A stretch of 43,290 nucleotides of DNA from Phycisphaerae bacterium (GTDB lineage: Bacteria > Planctomycetota > Phycisphaerae > UBA1845), in NCBI GenBank assembly GCA_029260255.1, contig JAJDDR010000111.1:1-43290 (forward strand), written 5' to 3'. The position numbers and the translations under genes were made by a program. The notes under the pieces were generated by a model that had not been told where the DNA came from, did not search any database, and saw only the letters and a program-made list of their open reading frames with translations. Below are positions 27,613-37,521 of the stretch, piece by piece; the stretch's first letter is position 1, and every line of letters starts with the position of its first letter.

Positions 27613-28185
27613 ATGAACCCTGAATCCAGATCCCGAACACGCAATCCCCTCAGCTCGGCCGCGACGTGCGCCCTGCTGATGTTGTTGCTGGTGACGGCGA
27701 TGGCCGCAATCCTGTCCGCCGGGCGGCACTCCATCCCGCTGGGAGAACGCATCGCGCCGCGCGGCTGGTCGGTGAGTTTTCAGCCGCCGTCGGGGTGGGT
27801 ACCTCTCGTCCCCGATCCGGGCTACCCACTGTTGGAATTCGTTGCGCCCGATTACCGTCGCGGCGACCGAGGACTGCGCGTCCTCAACATCAAAAACCCA
27901 GATCGCATGTCGGCCGACGAGATCGCGGCGGACAAGGGCAGGGAGTGGGGATTCACTCTCCGCGACAATGCTCGCCGACGCCCGACTAAACCGCAGATCG
28001 AGCGGGCTCCGTTTGGCCCGCTCACGGGGGCTCGGCTCGAGGATGACGAGCGCGGTTTGATCGTTGCGGTCGGATTGCACGACGGCCGGGCGATCTGCGT
28101 CGGGCTGGTGCATGCCCAGACGCCGCTCAGTACACGTGACGTCGAACTCGTTCAGTCAGTCGTCGATTCGTTCGAAGTTCGCTGA
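27613..28185 (+). CDS. Hypothetical membrane-anchored protein
   Basis: N-terminal hydrophobic helix and a small alpha/beta domain (FQPPSGW ... VVDSFEV); no firm family. Confidence 0.65.
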   Translation: MNPESRSRTRNPLSSAATCALLMLLLVTAMAAILSAGRHSIPLGERIAPRGWSVSFQPPSGWVPLVPDPGYPLLEFVAPDYRRGDRGLRVLNIKNPDRMSADEIAADKGREWGFTLRDNARRRPTKPQIERAPFGPLTGARLEDDERGLIVAVGLHDGRAICVGLVHAQTPLSTRDVELVQSVVDSFEVR

Positions 28186-28297
28186 ACGCGCCCCTGTTCG
28201 ACAGCAGGTTTCCCCGACACACACACAACCGTGCTGCCGGGCGACATTTTCCGACACATTTGATCGCCCAAGATCCCTAACTTTCCCATACTGACAC

Positions 28298-28426
28298 GGG
28301 TGTGACCATTGATTGTGGCATGCCAGGGGTAGGGCGGGTTCCACCCGCCTTCTTCCTCGGTTGCGGCGGGTGAAACCCCCTACGGCATGTCCCTGACCAA
28401 CGATGCCACAGAGAATGGTCACACCC
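28298..28426. mobile_element. MITE (129 bp) with 24-bp TIRs and 9-bp TSD
   Basis: TIRs GGGTGTGACCATTGATTGTGGCAT / ATGCCACAGAGAATGGTCACACCC; TACTGACAC duplicated at 28289-28297 and 28427-28435. Confidence 0.92.
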
Positions 28427-28561
28427 TACTGACACCACGTTTCCATTCCACGCTCGACATGCCGGTGGTCGCGACGCTACGATGCGCTTGCCTTCAGATC
28501 GTCGTGAATCCGTTGTGCCCCGCGCGATCCATTCTGCGTAGGGAAGCGAGGATGTCGACCG

Positions 28562-29668
28562 ATGCAAACCGGAAACCAACACCAGGGCACGCCCGCACGC
28601 AGACGCGTTGAGGCTGCCGAGCGGGTGGTTTCGCGCGCGTTCACGCTCGTGGAACTGCTGGTCGTAATCAGCGTCATCGCAACACTGATGGGCATGTTGG
28701 CTCAGTCGTTGCGCAATGCGCGGGAGCAGGCGCGCGTGGTGGTCTGCTGCGCGCATACCGCCGCCATCGGTCGCGCGGCGGCTTCATACAGCTCCGAGAT
28801 GCGGCAGTGGTTGTGCGGTTCCCCCGGCACGAGCGGCAGTGTCATGTTCTCCGATGAACAGATCGAGAGCACCGACGAGGACATCGCCACCGACCCCTCA
28901 CAGATTTGGGACTACGCCGGGGCGCTGGGTCCAACCTACATGAACAGATCGTTACCGGCCAACCGCGCGGAACGAATGCGGACGCTGGTGGAAGACGGAT
29001 TCGCCTGCCCCTCCAACAGCTACTTCGCCGATCCGATTCAAGGCTCCACCGAAGAGGTGGGACCGATCGGTTCGTTCGACCGGCAGCCGATGGCCAGCTT
29101 CAATACGATTCGCAACTTTCTGATGTGGCCTCGGACGATGGTCGATCGGGATCCGTCACAGCCGTGGGGGCCGATCGCACCGTTTCCGCAGGCCAGCTTC
29201 GACACGATCGGCGGGCGGACGCTTCGACCGAAGAACTACAAACCTCACATCGACCGCATCACCAACCCGGCCGGCAAGGTCTATCTGGCCGACGGCAACC
29301 GCTACACGGACGGCGAAGGAAACATTACCTACGACGTCGAGTGGGACGCAGAGGCCGGCGGAGCGTTTTGCAACGGCGGGCCGACGCTACCGCTTACGCA
29401 CGGCACGAACCCCCACGTGCTATCGAGTTACCAAATCGACATGAGCATCGGCAAGATCGGCTACCGTCATATCAGCGCCGGCGATCGCGGCATCGTGGCG
29501 AACTTCTTCGACGGTCACAGCACGTTCGTCTCCGAGCCGGAATCGCGCGAGCCGGACTATTGGTGGCCTCGGGGTACGGTCATTCCCTTTTCCGAATTGA
29601 ACGAATCCAGCCTCAAGTGCGTCACCGGGCGCCTTCGACCGGACTACAGCTACCGCGTCGGGCGGTAG
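28562..29668 (+). CDS. Prepilin-type N-terminal cleavage/methylation protein (planctomycete DUF1559-like, H-Xn-DG tail)
   Basis: RA-FTLVELLVVISVIA, AREQAR, CPS and C-terminal RH...FFDGH motifs. Confidence 0.88.
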   Translation: MQTGNQHQGTPARRRVEAAERVVSRAFTLVELLVVISVIATLMGMLAQSLRNAREQARVVVCCAHTAAIGRAAASYSSEMRQWLCGSPGTSGSVMFSDEQIESTDEDIATDPSQIWDYAGALGPTYMNRSLPANRAERMRTLVEDGFACPSNSYFADPIQGSTEEVGPIGSFDRQPMASFNTIRNFLMWPRTMVDRDPSQPWGPIAPFPQASFDTIGGRTLRPKNYKPHIDRITNPAGKVYLADGNRYTDGEGNITYDVEWDAEAGGAFCNGGPTLPLTHGTNPHVLSSYQIDMSIGKIGYRHISAGDRGIVANFFDGHSTFVSEPESREPDYWWPRGTVIPFSELNESSLKCVTGRLRPDYSYRVGR

Positions 29669-29669
29669 G

Positions 29670-30833
29670 TCACGCGACCTTGGCGCAGACTTTGGTCGCC
29701 GCGTCGGTCAGGTCGTCGGCGCCGATGAGTTCGGCGATGGCGGCCCCCTTGAGCAACGCGCGGGCGCGTTCGACGTTCGTGCCTTCGAGCCGGACCACGA
29801 CCGGGATACTAAAGCCGATCTCCTTGGCCGCGGCGATGAGCGCTTCGGCGATGGTGTCGCACTTGGCGATTCCGCCGAAGATGTTCACCAGCACGCCCTT
29901 GACCTTCTGATCCGACAGGATGATCCGGAACGCCTCGACAGCGCCTTCCTTGGTCACCGAGCCGCCCACGTCGAGAAAGTTGGCTGGCTCGCCGCCGTGA
30001 AGCTTGATGATGTCCATGGTGGCCATCGCCAGACCGGCGCCGTTGACCAGGCACCCGATGTTGCCCTCGAGCGCGATATACGACAGTTCATGTTCTTTGG
30101 CACGCACCTCGTTCGGGTCTTCCTCGGTCGGGTCGAACATCTGCTGGAGCACCTTGTGACGGAAGACGGCGTTGTCGTCGAAGTTCATCTTGGCGTCGAT
30201 CGCGAGGATCTGCCCGTCGGGCGTGCGCACCAGCGGGTTGATCTCGGCCAGTGAGCAGTCGTAGTCGTACGCCACCTTGACCAGCCCGCGCAGGACCTTG
30301 CCGGCGGCGCGGACCTGGTCCTTGTCCGTCAGGCCGAGAGCCCGAATCAGGTTGCTCGTCTGATATCCGAGCAGACCCAAGTGCGGGTGCAACCACTCCT
30401 TGACGATCGCCTCGGGGTGCTTGGCCGCGACCTCCTCGATCTCGACGCCGCCCTCGCGCGAGACCATGACCACGGGGCATCGCTTGGCGCGATCGACGAC
30501 GACCGCCATGTAGTATTCGGACTCGATGTCGACGGCACCGGCGACGAGTAGTTTCTTGACGGTGATGCCGTCCGCGCCGGTCTGCTTCGAGACCATCTTG
30601 TTGCCGAACATGAAATCGGCCGCGGTCTTGACGTCGTCGGCGTTGTCACAGAGCTTGACGAACCCGGCCTTGCCGCGACCGCCGGCGAACACTTGAGCTT
30701 TGACAACGACCTTGCCGCCGATCTTCTCGTAGGCTTCGACGGCTTGGGCGCTGTTCTCGACTACTTCGGACGCGGGAACGGGAACGCCGGCTTCGGCGAG
30801 CAGTTGCCGGGCTTGATATTCGTGTACTTTCAT
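29670..30833 (-). CDS. sucC: Succinyl-CoA synthetase beta subunit
   Basis: [52 protein letters not shown] and RLEGTN motifs. Confidence 0.97.
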   Translation of the reverse strand: MKVHEYQARQLLAEAGVPVPASEVVENSAQAVEAYEKIGGKVVVKAQVFAGGRGKAGFVKLCDNADDVKTAADFMFGNKMVSKQTGADGITVKKLLVAGAVDIESEYYMAVVVDRAKRCPVVMVSREGGVEIEEVAAKHPEAIVKEWLHPHLGLLGYQTSNLIRALGLTDKDQVRAAGKVLRGLVKVAYDYDCSLAEINPLVRTPDGQILAIDAKMNFDDNAVFRHKVLQQMFDPTEEDPNEVRAKEHELSYIALEGNIGCLVNGAGLAMATMDIIKLHGGEPANFLDVGGSVTKEGAVEAFRIILSDQKVKGVLVNIFGGIAKCDTIAEALIAAAKEIGFSIPVVVRLEGTNVERARALLKGAAIAELIGADDLTDAATKVCAKVA

Positions 30834-31022
30834 GGTGCAGAGATTCCTCGTTGGGTGTTGCAGCGTCGAGATCGATTTCTCCGCCGGTTCGTCAGGTATC
30901 GAGACGCCGCGATGACGGCGCGTTCCGGTGACGCAGGCGTAGTCGAATGCTAGCATGCGTCCCGCCGCACACAAGGGACGACGCTACATTTTCAGCAAGA
31001 CCGACTTACCGCGATCGTTCCA

Positions 31023-31051
31023 TCGACCCGGGCGGCACGGGGCGGTAGAAT
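31023..31051 (+). promoter_or_regulatory. Putative sigma70-type promoter
   Basis: TCGACC-17 bp-TAGAAT upstream of the 31114 CDS. Confidence 0.35.
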
Positions 31052-31113
31052 GAGCAGCCCAGCGGCGGCGGAACAAGTAGCACGGAATACGCTTTCGGGC
31101 GGGGCATGATGGT

Positions 31114-31548
31114 ATGCGTGGGAACGGCCTGGCACCTGACATTCTATCTCTTGCGGTGTGCGATCAGATCATCACGGATCGTGTGACCGGCAAGCAGTCC
31201 CTGATCGGGCTGTTCAGCACGATTCACGCGGTTCGGTTTCCGGTGACGCACCCGCAGTTGTGCGTTCACGTCTCGATGACCGATGGGCGCGGCAAGACGC
31301 CGGTGACGATCAACATCGTGGACGGGGAGGACTCGCGTCCGCCGGTCGTGCGCGGCGAGGGCGTCGTGGACTTCAAGGACCCTCGTGCCATCGCGAACCT
31401 GTCGCTCCAGTTCCACGGGCTGGTGTTCAGCGAGCCCGGTGAGTACCGCGTCCAGATTCTCTGCGACGGCGAACTGCTGCGCGAGGCCCGCCTGCACCTG
31501 ATCCAGGCCAAACGCCGCCGCCGGCCCGATGATCCCCACGCGAACTGA
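31114..31548 (+). CDS. Small beta-sandwich hypothetical protein (DUF6941-like)
   Basis: CD..GKxSLIGLF and FxxPGEYRV pattern typical of this family. Confidence 0.7.
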   Translation: MRGNGLAPDILSLAVCDQIITDRVTGKQSLIGLFSTIHAVRFPVTHPQLCVHVSMTDGRGKTPVTINIVDGEDSRPPVVRGEGVVDFKDPRAIANLSLQFHGLVFSEPGEYRVQILCDGELLREARLHLIQAKRRRRPDDPHAN

Positions 31549-31853
31549 CCGCGCACCGCGACATGCACCCCCAAGACGTTTGCGTCGCGCCTGGTGGGCG
31601 ACGGGCGTGGAACGCCGTGTGAGGACCCGCCGGAAACAAGCTGGACTGCGGACATGGTCCGGCACAGTCCCACGTTGCGAAGTACTGGCACCCCTCCCCG
31701 AACGCGCCGGCTTGCCAAGCATCTGACGCTCATCCGCGCTCAGATGGATGGATGTACTTCTTGCACCCTGCAGCCGTGCCACCCGCCGCGAGCGCGTCTC
31801 CGCATGCCCCTAACGGTCGGGGCTTGGAAAAACGCCATCACCGAGACGCTGCA

Positions 31854-33566
31854 TTACGCCGTAGTCGCCGCGACCGCAAGCTGATTCGTTTCGCGGAACG
31901 TCGGAGGTTCGTAGGTCACGCCCTCGCGGAGGAGGCGGTCTTCGCGGGCCATGGTGAAACGCAGGTAACGGCCGATGAGCGACGCCGCCAGCCGCGATTT
32001 CAGTCCGAACTCGCGGTAGATGTCCTTCAGGATCCGCGAAATCTTCGCCGACATCGCGGCGTCGTCGCGGTACCAGCGCCGGGCCGCCCAGAGGGCGCCG
32101 GCGTACATGGTCGACAGACCACGCGTGTCCCAGGCGTACCGCTCGCGAATCCGCCGGTCGGGATGATCCTTGTAGCGTTGCCAGCCGCGGAGCATCGTCC
32201 GCGTCATCCGAACGACGCTGGGACCGTTGACCTCGAAGTCACGCCGAAAGGCGCGCAGCAGAAGCTCGGTCTCCTCGCCGTTCTTGATGTGCGGGTGCCG
32301 GTAGTTGAAACGGTACTGCCCGTGGGTGTCCGCGTCACAGAATTCACTACGATCCAGCAAGGTGCCTTTGGCCTTGTGCTCGGCATGCAGCGGCGTGCCG
32401 GGGATGGGCGTGTAGAGCATGAACTGGTGGAAGTCCGTATCGTGGCTCACGGCGTGGTCGATGGCCACATCGATGTTGTCGGGCGTGTGATCTTCCAGTC
32501 CGATGATGGTCGAGCCGAGCACGCGAATCCCGTGCGACTGGAGCGTGCGAACCAACTCGTGCGTATCGACGTTGCCGACCTTGGTGTATTGCGAGTCCTT
32601 GCCTTCGAGCCCCATCCAGATCCAAGAAACCCCCATGCCGACGAGTTGGTCCATGGAGTACGAGCGCAGCACGCCGGCCGAGCTGAAGACGTACAGCACC
32701 CAGGACTTGTCGTTCTCGATCATCAGGTCGAGCAGGCGCAGCGCCCGCTTGCGGTGCATGAGAAAGTTCTCGTCCATGACGAAGAACGACCGCACCTGCA
32801 GGTCTCTCTCCAGGTCGCACATGACGTCGAACAACTCGTCGCCGGTCTCGTAGAAGTGAAAGCAACTGCCTTTGCCGCCGAACATCGCGGAGGTCGAGCA
32901 GAAGTTGCAGCTCATCGGGCAGCCCACCGAGGGAATCAACGCCGCGGCGACTTCGCCCGGCTTTTCCGACTGGTTCACACCCATGATGCGCGAGCCGATG
33001 CCGGATCGGATTCGCGGATGCTCGATCGGGCGGTCTACGTCTTCGCCCAGGAACCGGCGCATCCAGCGCACGCCCTCGCCTTTGACAATGTGGTCGGCGT
33101 CGATCCGTTCGTCCAGGTCGGGCATGTTCGCCACGTGCCCGCCGATGACGATCGTGGCGCTGGGTTGGTGCTCGCGGATGAGCTCGCACATCTTCCGCAC
33201 CTTTTCGACGTTCGGGATGATCGCGCCGATCCCGACAATGTCGTACTCATTCGCCGTGATCTCGGCGACGAAACGTTCCATGTCGGGAAAATCCAGAACC
33301 GCGCACGGGGCGGCGATGTTCGCCTGGATCAGCATCAGCCCCCAGGAGCGGTGGAACATCCGCAACGAGAATACCCCCTGTACCCGCGTCACCTGGTTGT
33401 GGTACAGCTCCATGGGGTTGAGCTTCCGGCTGCCGTATTCGTCGTCCTGGGCATACGGTCCGAACACGCTGGTCAGCAGAACCCGGGCGCGCGATCCCAG
33501 CGGATGCGTGGGTTGCGTCGGGGCACTGAGGAAGCTCGTCGGGGTGATTGTCGCAGTCGCCGTCAT
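31854..33566 (-). CDS. B12-binding-domain radical SAM protein
   Basis: CPMSCNFC (CxxxCxxC), N-terminal cobalamin-binding-like fold (DIVGIG, IVIGGH), DENF and TPIPGTPL. Confidence 0.9.
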   Translation of the reverse strand: MTATATITPTSFLSAPTQPTHPLGSRARVLLTSVFGPYAQDDEYGSRKLNPMELYHNQVTRVQGVFSLRMFHRSWGLMLIQANIAAPCAVLDFPDMERFVAEITANEYDIVGIGAIIPNVEKVRKMCELIREHQPSATIVIGGHVANMPDLDERIDADHIVKGEGVRWMRRFLGEDVDRPIEHPRIRSGIGSRIMGVNQSEKPGEVAAALIPSVGCPMSCNFCSTSAMFGGKGSCFHFYETGDELFDVMCDLERDLQVRSFFVMDENFLMHRKRALRLLDLMIENDKSWVLYVFSSAGVLRSYSMDQLVGMGVSWIWMGLEGKDSQYTKVGNVDTHELVRTLQSHGIRVLGSTIIGLEDHTPDNIDVAIDHAVSHDTDFHQFMLYTPIPGTPLHAEHKAKGTLLDRSEFCDADTHGQYRFNYRHPHIKNGEETELLLRAFRRDFEVNGPSVVRMTRTMLRGWQRYKDHPDRRIRERYAWDTRGLSTMYAGALWAARRWYRDDAAMSAKISRILKDIYREFGLKSRLAASLIGRYLRFTMAREDRLLREGVTYEPPTFRETNQLAVAATTA

Positions 33567-33582
33567 GCGGTTGGTACCTTTC

Positions 33583-35478
33583 TCAAATCGTCGCGGGCGA
33601 GGCGCCCACGGCGGATTCTGCGGAGTGCTTGCGTGGCGCTCCCGGGGATCGAACGTTCATTTGAACGAACTCCGCCCGCGGCGTCCCCGGCAGCGCGTGG
33701 CTGGACCGCGCTCCATCCACGCCGCGCATCGGGATGCGGCTGCTGGGCGCCGCCGTCTTGTGGCGGATGTTCCCGCGCATCAGGCGGATCGTCCACCCCC
33801 ATGTTCGTCGGATCGTCTGCCCCAGTCCCCACATCCCAATCATCTGCATGCCGAGTTCTTTGAAATACAGGCGGTTTTTGGGACGGGCCAATACGACCAA
33901 GAAGCGGAGCGGATTGTAGAAATAGATGTACGCAGCCATGATGTTGAGCTGTTTCTTCCAGGGCTGCTTGTGCCCGGAGGCGATGACGTAGTTCGCGTCG
34001 AGCATGTGCGGCTCGACGCGCCGGCCGGCAACGCTCTCGTACACCAGCCCCGACGCAAACGTCTCAGCGTACAGCTTCGACCCGGTTGCGGGTGTCATCA
34101 TCAGGACCTGCAGGCTGATTGCCCCAGCCTTCCGCAGCAGCCGAACCTGGTTGAGGAGCCCGTAGGGCTTCGGACCCCGCGAAACCAACGGCTGCGCGTC
34201 GTGGTGCATCATCATCGGCATCGGACTGATGCCGTGCTGCCGAAGCATACCGAAGGCTTCCGTCGTCTTGTCCACGCTCTGGCCCTTCTTGACGAGCGTC
34301 GCGGTTACGTCTTCAACGCCCAACCAGAGGCCGCGGACGCCCGCACGGTGAATCACACGCAAATGGTCTTTCATGACCAGAGTATCGTGTACAGTGGCCT
34401 CGGTGCCCCAGCGGATTCGCTTGCGCAACGGGACGCCGTCGATCTCGGTACGGGCCAGTGTTTCCACGATATCGAGTGTACGCCGCCGGTTGTTGAAGAA
34501 GTTGTCGTCCGCCCCGAAGAAGTAACGCAGACCGTACGCGCGCCCGAGCTCGCCCATCTCCGTGGCGATGCGTTCCCCGCTTTTGGCGCGGTATTGCCGC
34601 TGGTTGTAGGCGGGGATCGGACAGTAGGGGCAGGCGAACTTGCAGCCCAGCGTCAGGACAAGCGACGCGATCGGGCTGTGTCGGCGGATCTGGCTCGCGG
34701 GCAGCGCCTTCGGACCCAACGTGGCAGTCCGGCTCGGCGGTTCGAGCGTTTGATAGCCGAGCGTCGGGTGGGGTAGCTCGTCGAGATCACCCAGAAGACG
34801 TTGGATACCGGTGTCGACCAACTCCTCCACCACTCCCTCGCGATCGGTTCGTGCGTAGACCAAACCCGGGATGTCGTCGAGCAGGCCGCTGTCGCGGACC
34901 CGAACGAACGCCGATCGTAGCGACTCGTCGCGCGCCCGATTCGACAGCACGACCTCCAGCAGGCTCAGCAGGATGTATTCCTCGCCGGTGACGGCGACAT
35001 CCGCGCCCCACGGGTCGAGCGGGTCGACGCTGAAGACGTCCCACGGTTCGTAGATCGTCTTCGGCCCGCCGGCGATAATCAGCGGACGGCGGGCCGGATC
35101 GATCCGGCACGCGTCGCGGATCAGTGCCTCGCACTCAGCCGAGTGAATCTGCATGCTCGAAACCATGAACACGTCCGGGATGCGTCCCTCCAGACGCATC
35201 TGCGACGGGCGGAAGTTCCGATTCCACTGCTGGAGCACGATGCGGGTCTTGGCGAACCCGCAGTCGAGCATCGCCGACCCGATGGCCCGCACGCCGGCCG
35301 GTGCCATGCGGTTGTCCGCATAGATGAACGGCAGCATCCGCGTGCGATGGTCGAACGCGCACGCAATCACCGTGGTCAGGTCATGTTTCCGGGCAACGTT
35401 CCGCAAGCGCCGCCGCAGGCCGAGCAACTCGCCCGGTCTCAGCAACTCATCACCTCGGTCACGACGAGGAAGTTCCAT
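33583..35478 (-). CDS. Radical SAM protein with B12-binding-like N-terminal domain
   Basis: CKFACPYC (CxxxCxxC), LIIAGGP, GEEY, ADDNFF, WGTEA and TPATGS. Start at MELPRR. Confidence 0.88.
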   Translation of the reverse strand: MELPRRDRGDELLRPGELLGLRRRLRNVARKHDLTTVIACAFDHRTRMLPFIYADNRMAPAGVRAIGSAMLDCGFAKTRIVLQQWNRNFRPSQMRLEGRIPDVFMVSSMQIHSAECEALIRDACRIDPARRPLIIAGGPKTIYEPWDVFSVDPLDPWGADVAVTGEEYILLSLLEVVLSNRARDESLRSAFVRVRDSGLLDDIPGLVYARTDREGVVEELVDTGIQRLLGDLDELPHPTLGYQTLEPPSRTATLGPKALPASQIRRHSPIASLVLTLGCKFACPYCPIPAYNQRQYRAKSGERIATEMGELGRAYGLRYFFGADDNFFNNRRRTLDIVETLARTEIDGVPLRKRIRWGTEATVHDTLVMKDHLRVIHRAGVRGLWLGVEDVTATLVKKGQSVDKTTEAFGMLRQHGISPMPMMMHHDAQPLVSRGPKPYGLLNQVRLLRKAGAISLQVLMMTPATGSKLYAETFASGLVYESVAGRRVEPHMLDANYVIASGHKQPWKKQLNIMAAYIYFYNPLRFLVVLARPKNRLYFKELGMQMIGMWGLGQTIRRTWGWTIRLMRGNIRHKTAAPSSRIPMRGVDGARSSHALPGTPRAEFVQMNVRSPGAPRKHSAESAVGASPATI

Positions 35479-35686
35479 GGTCAAATCGCTCCAGCCGACA
35501 AACCCAGCCCGGGAGTCTATCGCATTTCCGCACGCGACGCACCTGCCGTCGTCCACCCCGGCGGGATGGCGGCAAAAAAAATGCGCCCGAAGCCTCCCAC
35601 CACCCGATTCCAGGCAACGGCACACCATACACGTGCATCGGCGACGATCCCCCGCAATGTTCCGTTGAAGTATCAGTCGCCAAGTG

Positions 35687-37372
35687 TCAGAGCTTTGTCA
35701 CGACGGTCGCGAGAATCTCCCGCTCCGAGGCGTTTGCCTGGTTCTCGATCTCCGCGCCCTTTGTGATGAGGTCGTTGACCCATGCCTTGTCTTTGATGTC
35801 TTTGGCGTTGATCTTGACGTTGAGGAAGGCGCCCATGACGGCGCTGCGGGCGGCGAGGGCGGCCACCCCGACGTCGGAGATGCTCGCGGGCAACCCGCTG
35901 TCGGCCATGGCGCGGATGATCTCGAAGCAATCGAGCGACCGCTGCATGATGCGGAACGGGATCTCGATGGCGCCCTTGGTCGCGCATTGAATCGCCGCGG
36001 TCCGAGCGACCTTCTCGGTATCGCTGCCTTTGGGAAGACCGAAGGCGTCCATGATCTTGTTGAACGCGTCGGTGTCGGCGTCGATCAGATGAAGCAGTTC
36101 ATCGTGCAGCGCCTTGCCCTTTTCGGCCCAGACGCTGAACTCTTCCCAGCGGTCATCCCAGCCGCGTTTGTGGCTGCTGAGGTTGGCCACCATGGTGGCG
36201 AGAGCGGCGGACATGGCGCCCAGGGTTGCGGAAATCGAACCGCCGCCGGGGGCCGGCGACTCGCTGGCGGTTTCGTGGACGAAGCTCTTGAGGGTCTGCT
36301 CGACGAGGCGTTCGCGTTTCTCCTTACCGGCGATCGCGTACTCGATGATCTTCTCTCGAGGATCGAAGGGCGTCAGCTCGTCGAGTCCCATGGACTTGAT
36401 GGCGATCTTGATCAACTCACTGTCGGAGACGCCGAGCGACCGATGTTGTTTTCGGAGGAAGTACTTGCCGGCGTCGAGCATCGCGGCGAGCGGGATGAGC
36501 CCCACGAGTTCCGAGCCGGTGACGCGGATGCCGCGCCCGTCGGCGCGCTTGCAGCATTCGTCGAAGGCGACGTGTACCGGCGTGACACTGATGTTGGTGA
36601 GGTTCATCGAGATCTGGGCGATGCCGTACTCTTCGATGAACCAGCCGATGCCCTTGACGCATTTGAGGGAGCCCGGTGTCCAGAGCTTCTTGCCGTTCTC
36701 GTCGAGGACGGGCTTGCCGGTGGCCGTGCCGTCGTCGGTCTTGACTCTGCCTTTCTCGCGGACGTCGTAGGCGATGGCGTTGGCCCGGCGGGTGCTGGTC
36801 GTGTTCAGATTGACGTTGTACGCGACGAGGAAGTCGCGGGCGCTGACGGCCGTCACGCCGTAACCGGGGTCGAACGTGCCGGGACCGAAGTCGGTCTTCC
36901 AGTTCGGGTCCTTGAGTCGGTTGGGGAGGGCTTCGTACTCGCCTGCGCGACAGACGGCGAGGTTTCGGCGGTCGGGTTTCTTGGCGGCGTTCTCGTAGAA
37001 GTAACCGCTGATGCCGGCGTCTTCCCCGAGTCGCTCGCCGAGTTTGTGGGCGTGGGGGACGACCTCGTCCATGGTGATGTTCGCGATGGGCACGAGCGGG
37101 CAAACGTCCATGGCGCCGAAGCGGGGGTGCTCGCCCTTGTGCTTGCTCATGTCGATGAGTTCTTTGGCTTTCCTGCCGGCACGCACAGCCGCTTCGATGA
37201 CCGGCTCGGGCGAGCCGACGAAGGTGACCACGGTGCGGTGGGTGCCTGCGCCGGGGTCGACGTCGAGGAGCGTGACGCCGTCGACGGATTCGATGGCGTC
37301 GGTGATTTGTTTGATGATGCTCATGTCCCGCCCTTCGGAGAAGTTGGGGACGCATTCGATGAGTTGGTTCAT
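35687..37372 (-). CDS. ftcd: Glutamate formimidoyltransferase / formimino-THF cyclodeaminase (bifunctional)
   Basis: ECVPNFSEGR, HPRFGAMDVCP, AQISMNL, GSELVGL and cyclodeaminase SPAPGGGS. Confidence 0.95.
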   Translation of the reverse strand: MNQLIECVPNFSEGRDMSIIKQITDAIESVDGVTLLDVDPGAGTHRTVVTFVGSPEPVIEAAVRAGRKAKELIDMSKHKGEHPRFGAMDVCPLVPIANITMDEVVPHAHKLGERLGEDAGISGYFYENAAKKPDRRNLAVCRAGEYEALPNRLKDPNWKTDFGPGTFDPGYGVTAVSARDFLVAYNVNLNTTSTRRANAIAYDVREKGRVKTDDGTATGKPVLDENGKKLWTPGSLKCVKGIGWFIEEYGIAQISMNLTNISVTPVHVAFDECCKRADGRGIRVTGSELVGLIPLAAMLDAGKYFLRKQHRSLGVSDSELIKIAIKSMGLDELTPFDPREKIIEYAIAGKEKRERLVEQTLKSFVHETASESPAPGGGSISATLGAMSAALATMVANLSSHKRGWDDRWEEFSVWAEKGKALHDELLHLIDADTDAFNKIMDAFGLPKGSDTEKVARTAAIQCATKGAIEIPFRIMQRSLDCFEIIRAMADSGLPASISDVGVAALAARSAVMGAFLNVKINAKDIKDKAWVNDLITKGAEIENQANASEREILATVVTKL

Positions 37373-37485
37373 GCTCGGCGCTCCTGCGTCTGTCGCTGTT
37401 GTTGACCCAATTCGTGCGTGGGGATTATGGGCGAAAAGGCGTGACAGTGGTAGACGCGTCGGTCGCTGATTTGACGCGATTTCTC

Positions 37486-37515
37486 AACGCCCACGGGTGG
37501 CAACCCGTGGGCGTT
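37486..37515. repeat. Perfect 13-bp-stem hairpin (REP-like or terminator) between hutI and ftcd
   Basis: AACGCCCACGGGT-GGCA-ACCCGTGGGCGTT, 7 bp past the hutI stop. Confidence 0.7.
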
Positions 37516-37521
37516 CGCGCT

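Noticed and set aside
31752-34776. Long + strand ORFs (703 aa, 634 aa), and similar ones at 15606, 35684 and 40120
   Set aside because: Antisense shadows of well-supported minus-strand genes; expected in GC-rich DNA and lacking motifs.
35479-35686. Possible cobalamin riboswitch upstream of the radical SAM pair
   Set aside because: No B12-box or other conserved riboswitch motifs recognisable by eye; an Rfam scan would be decisive.
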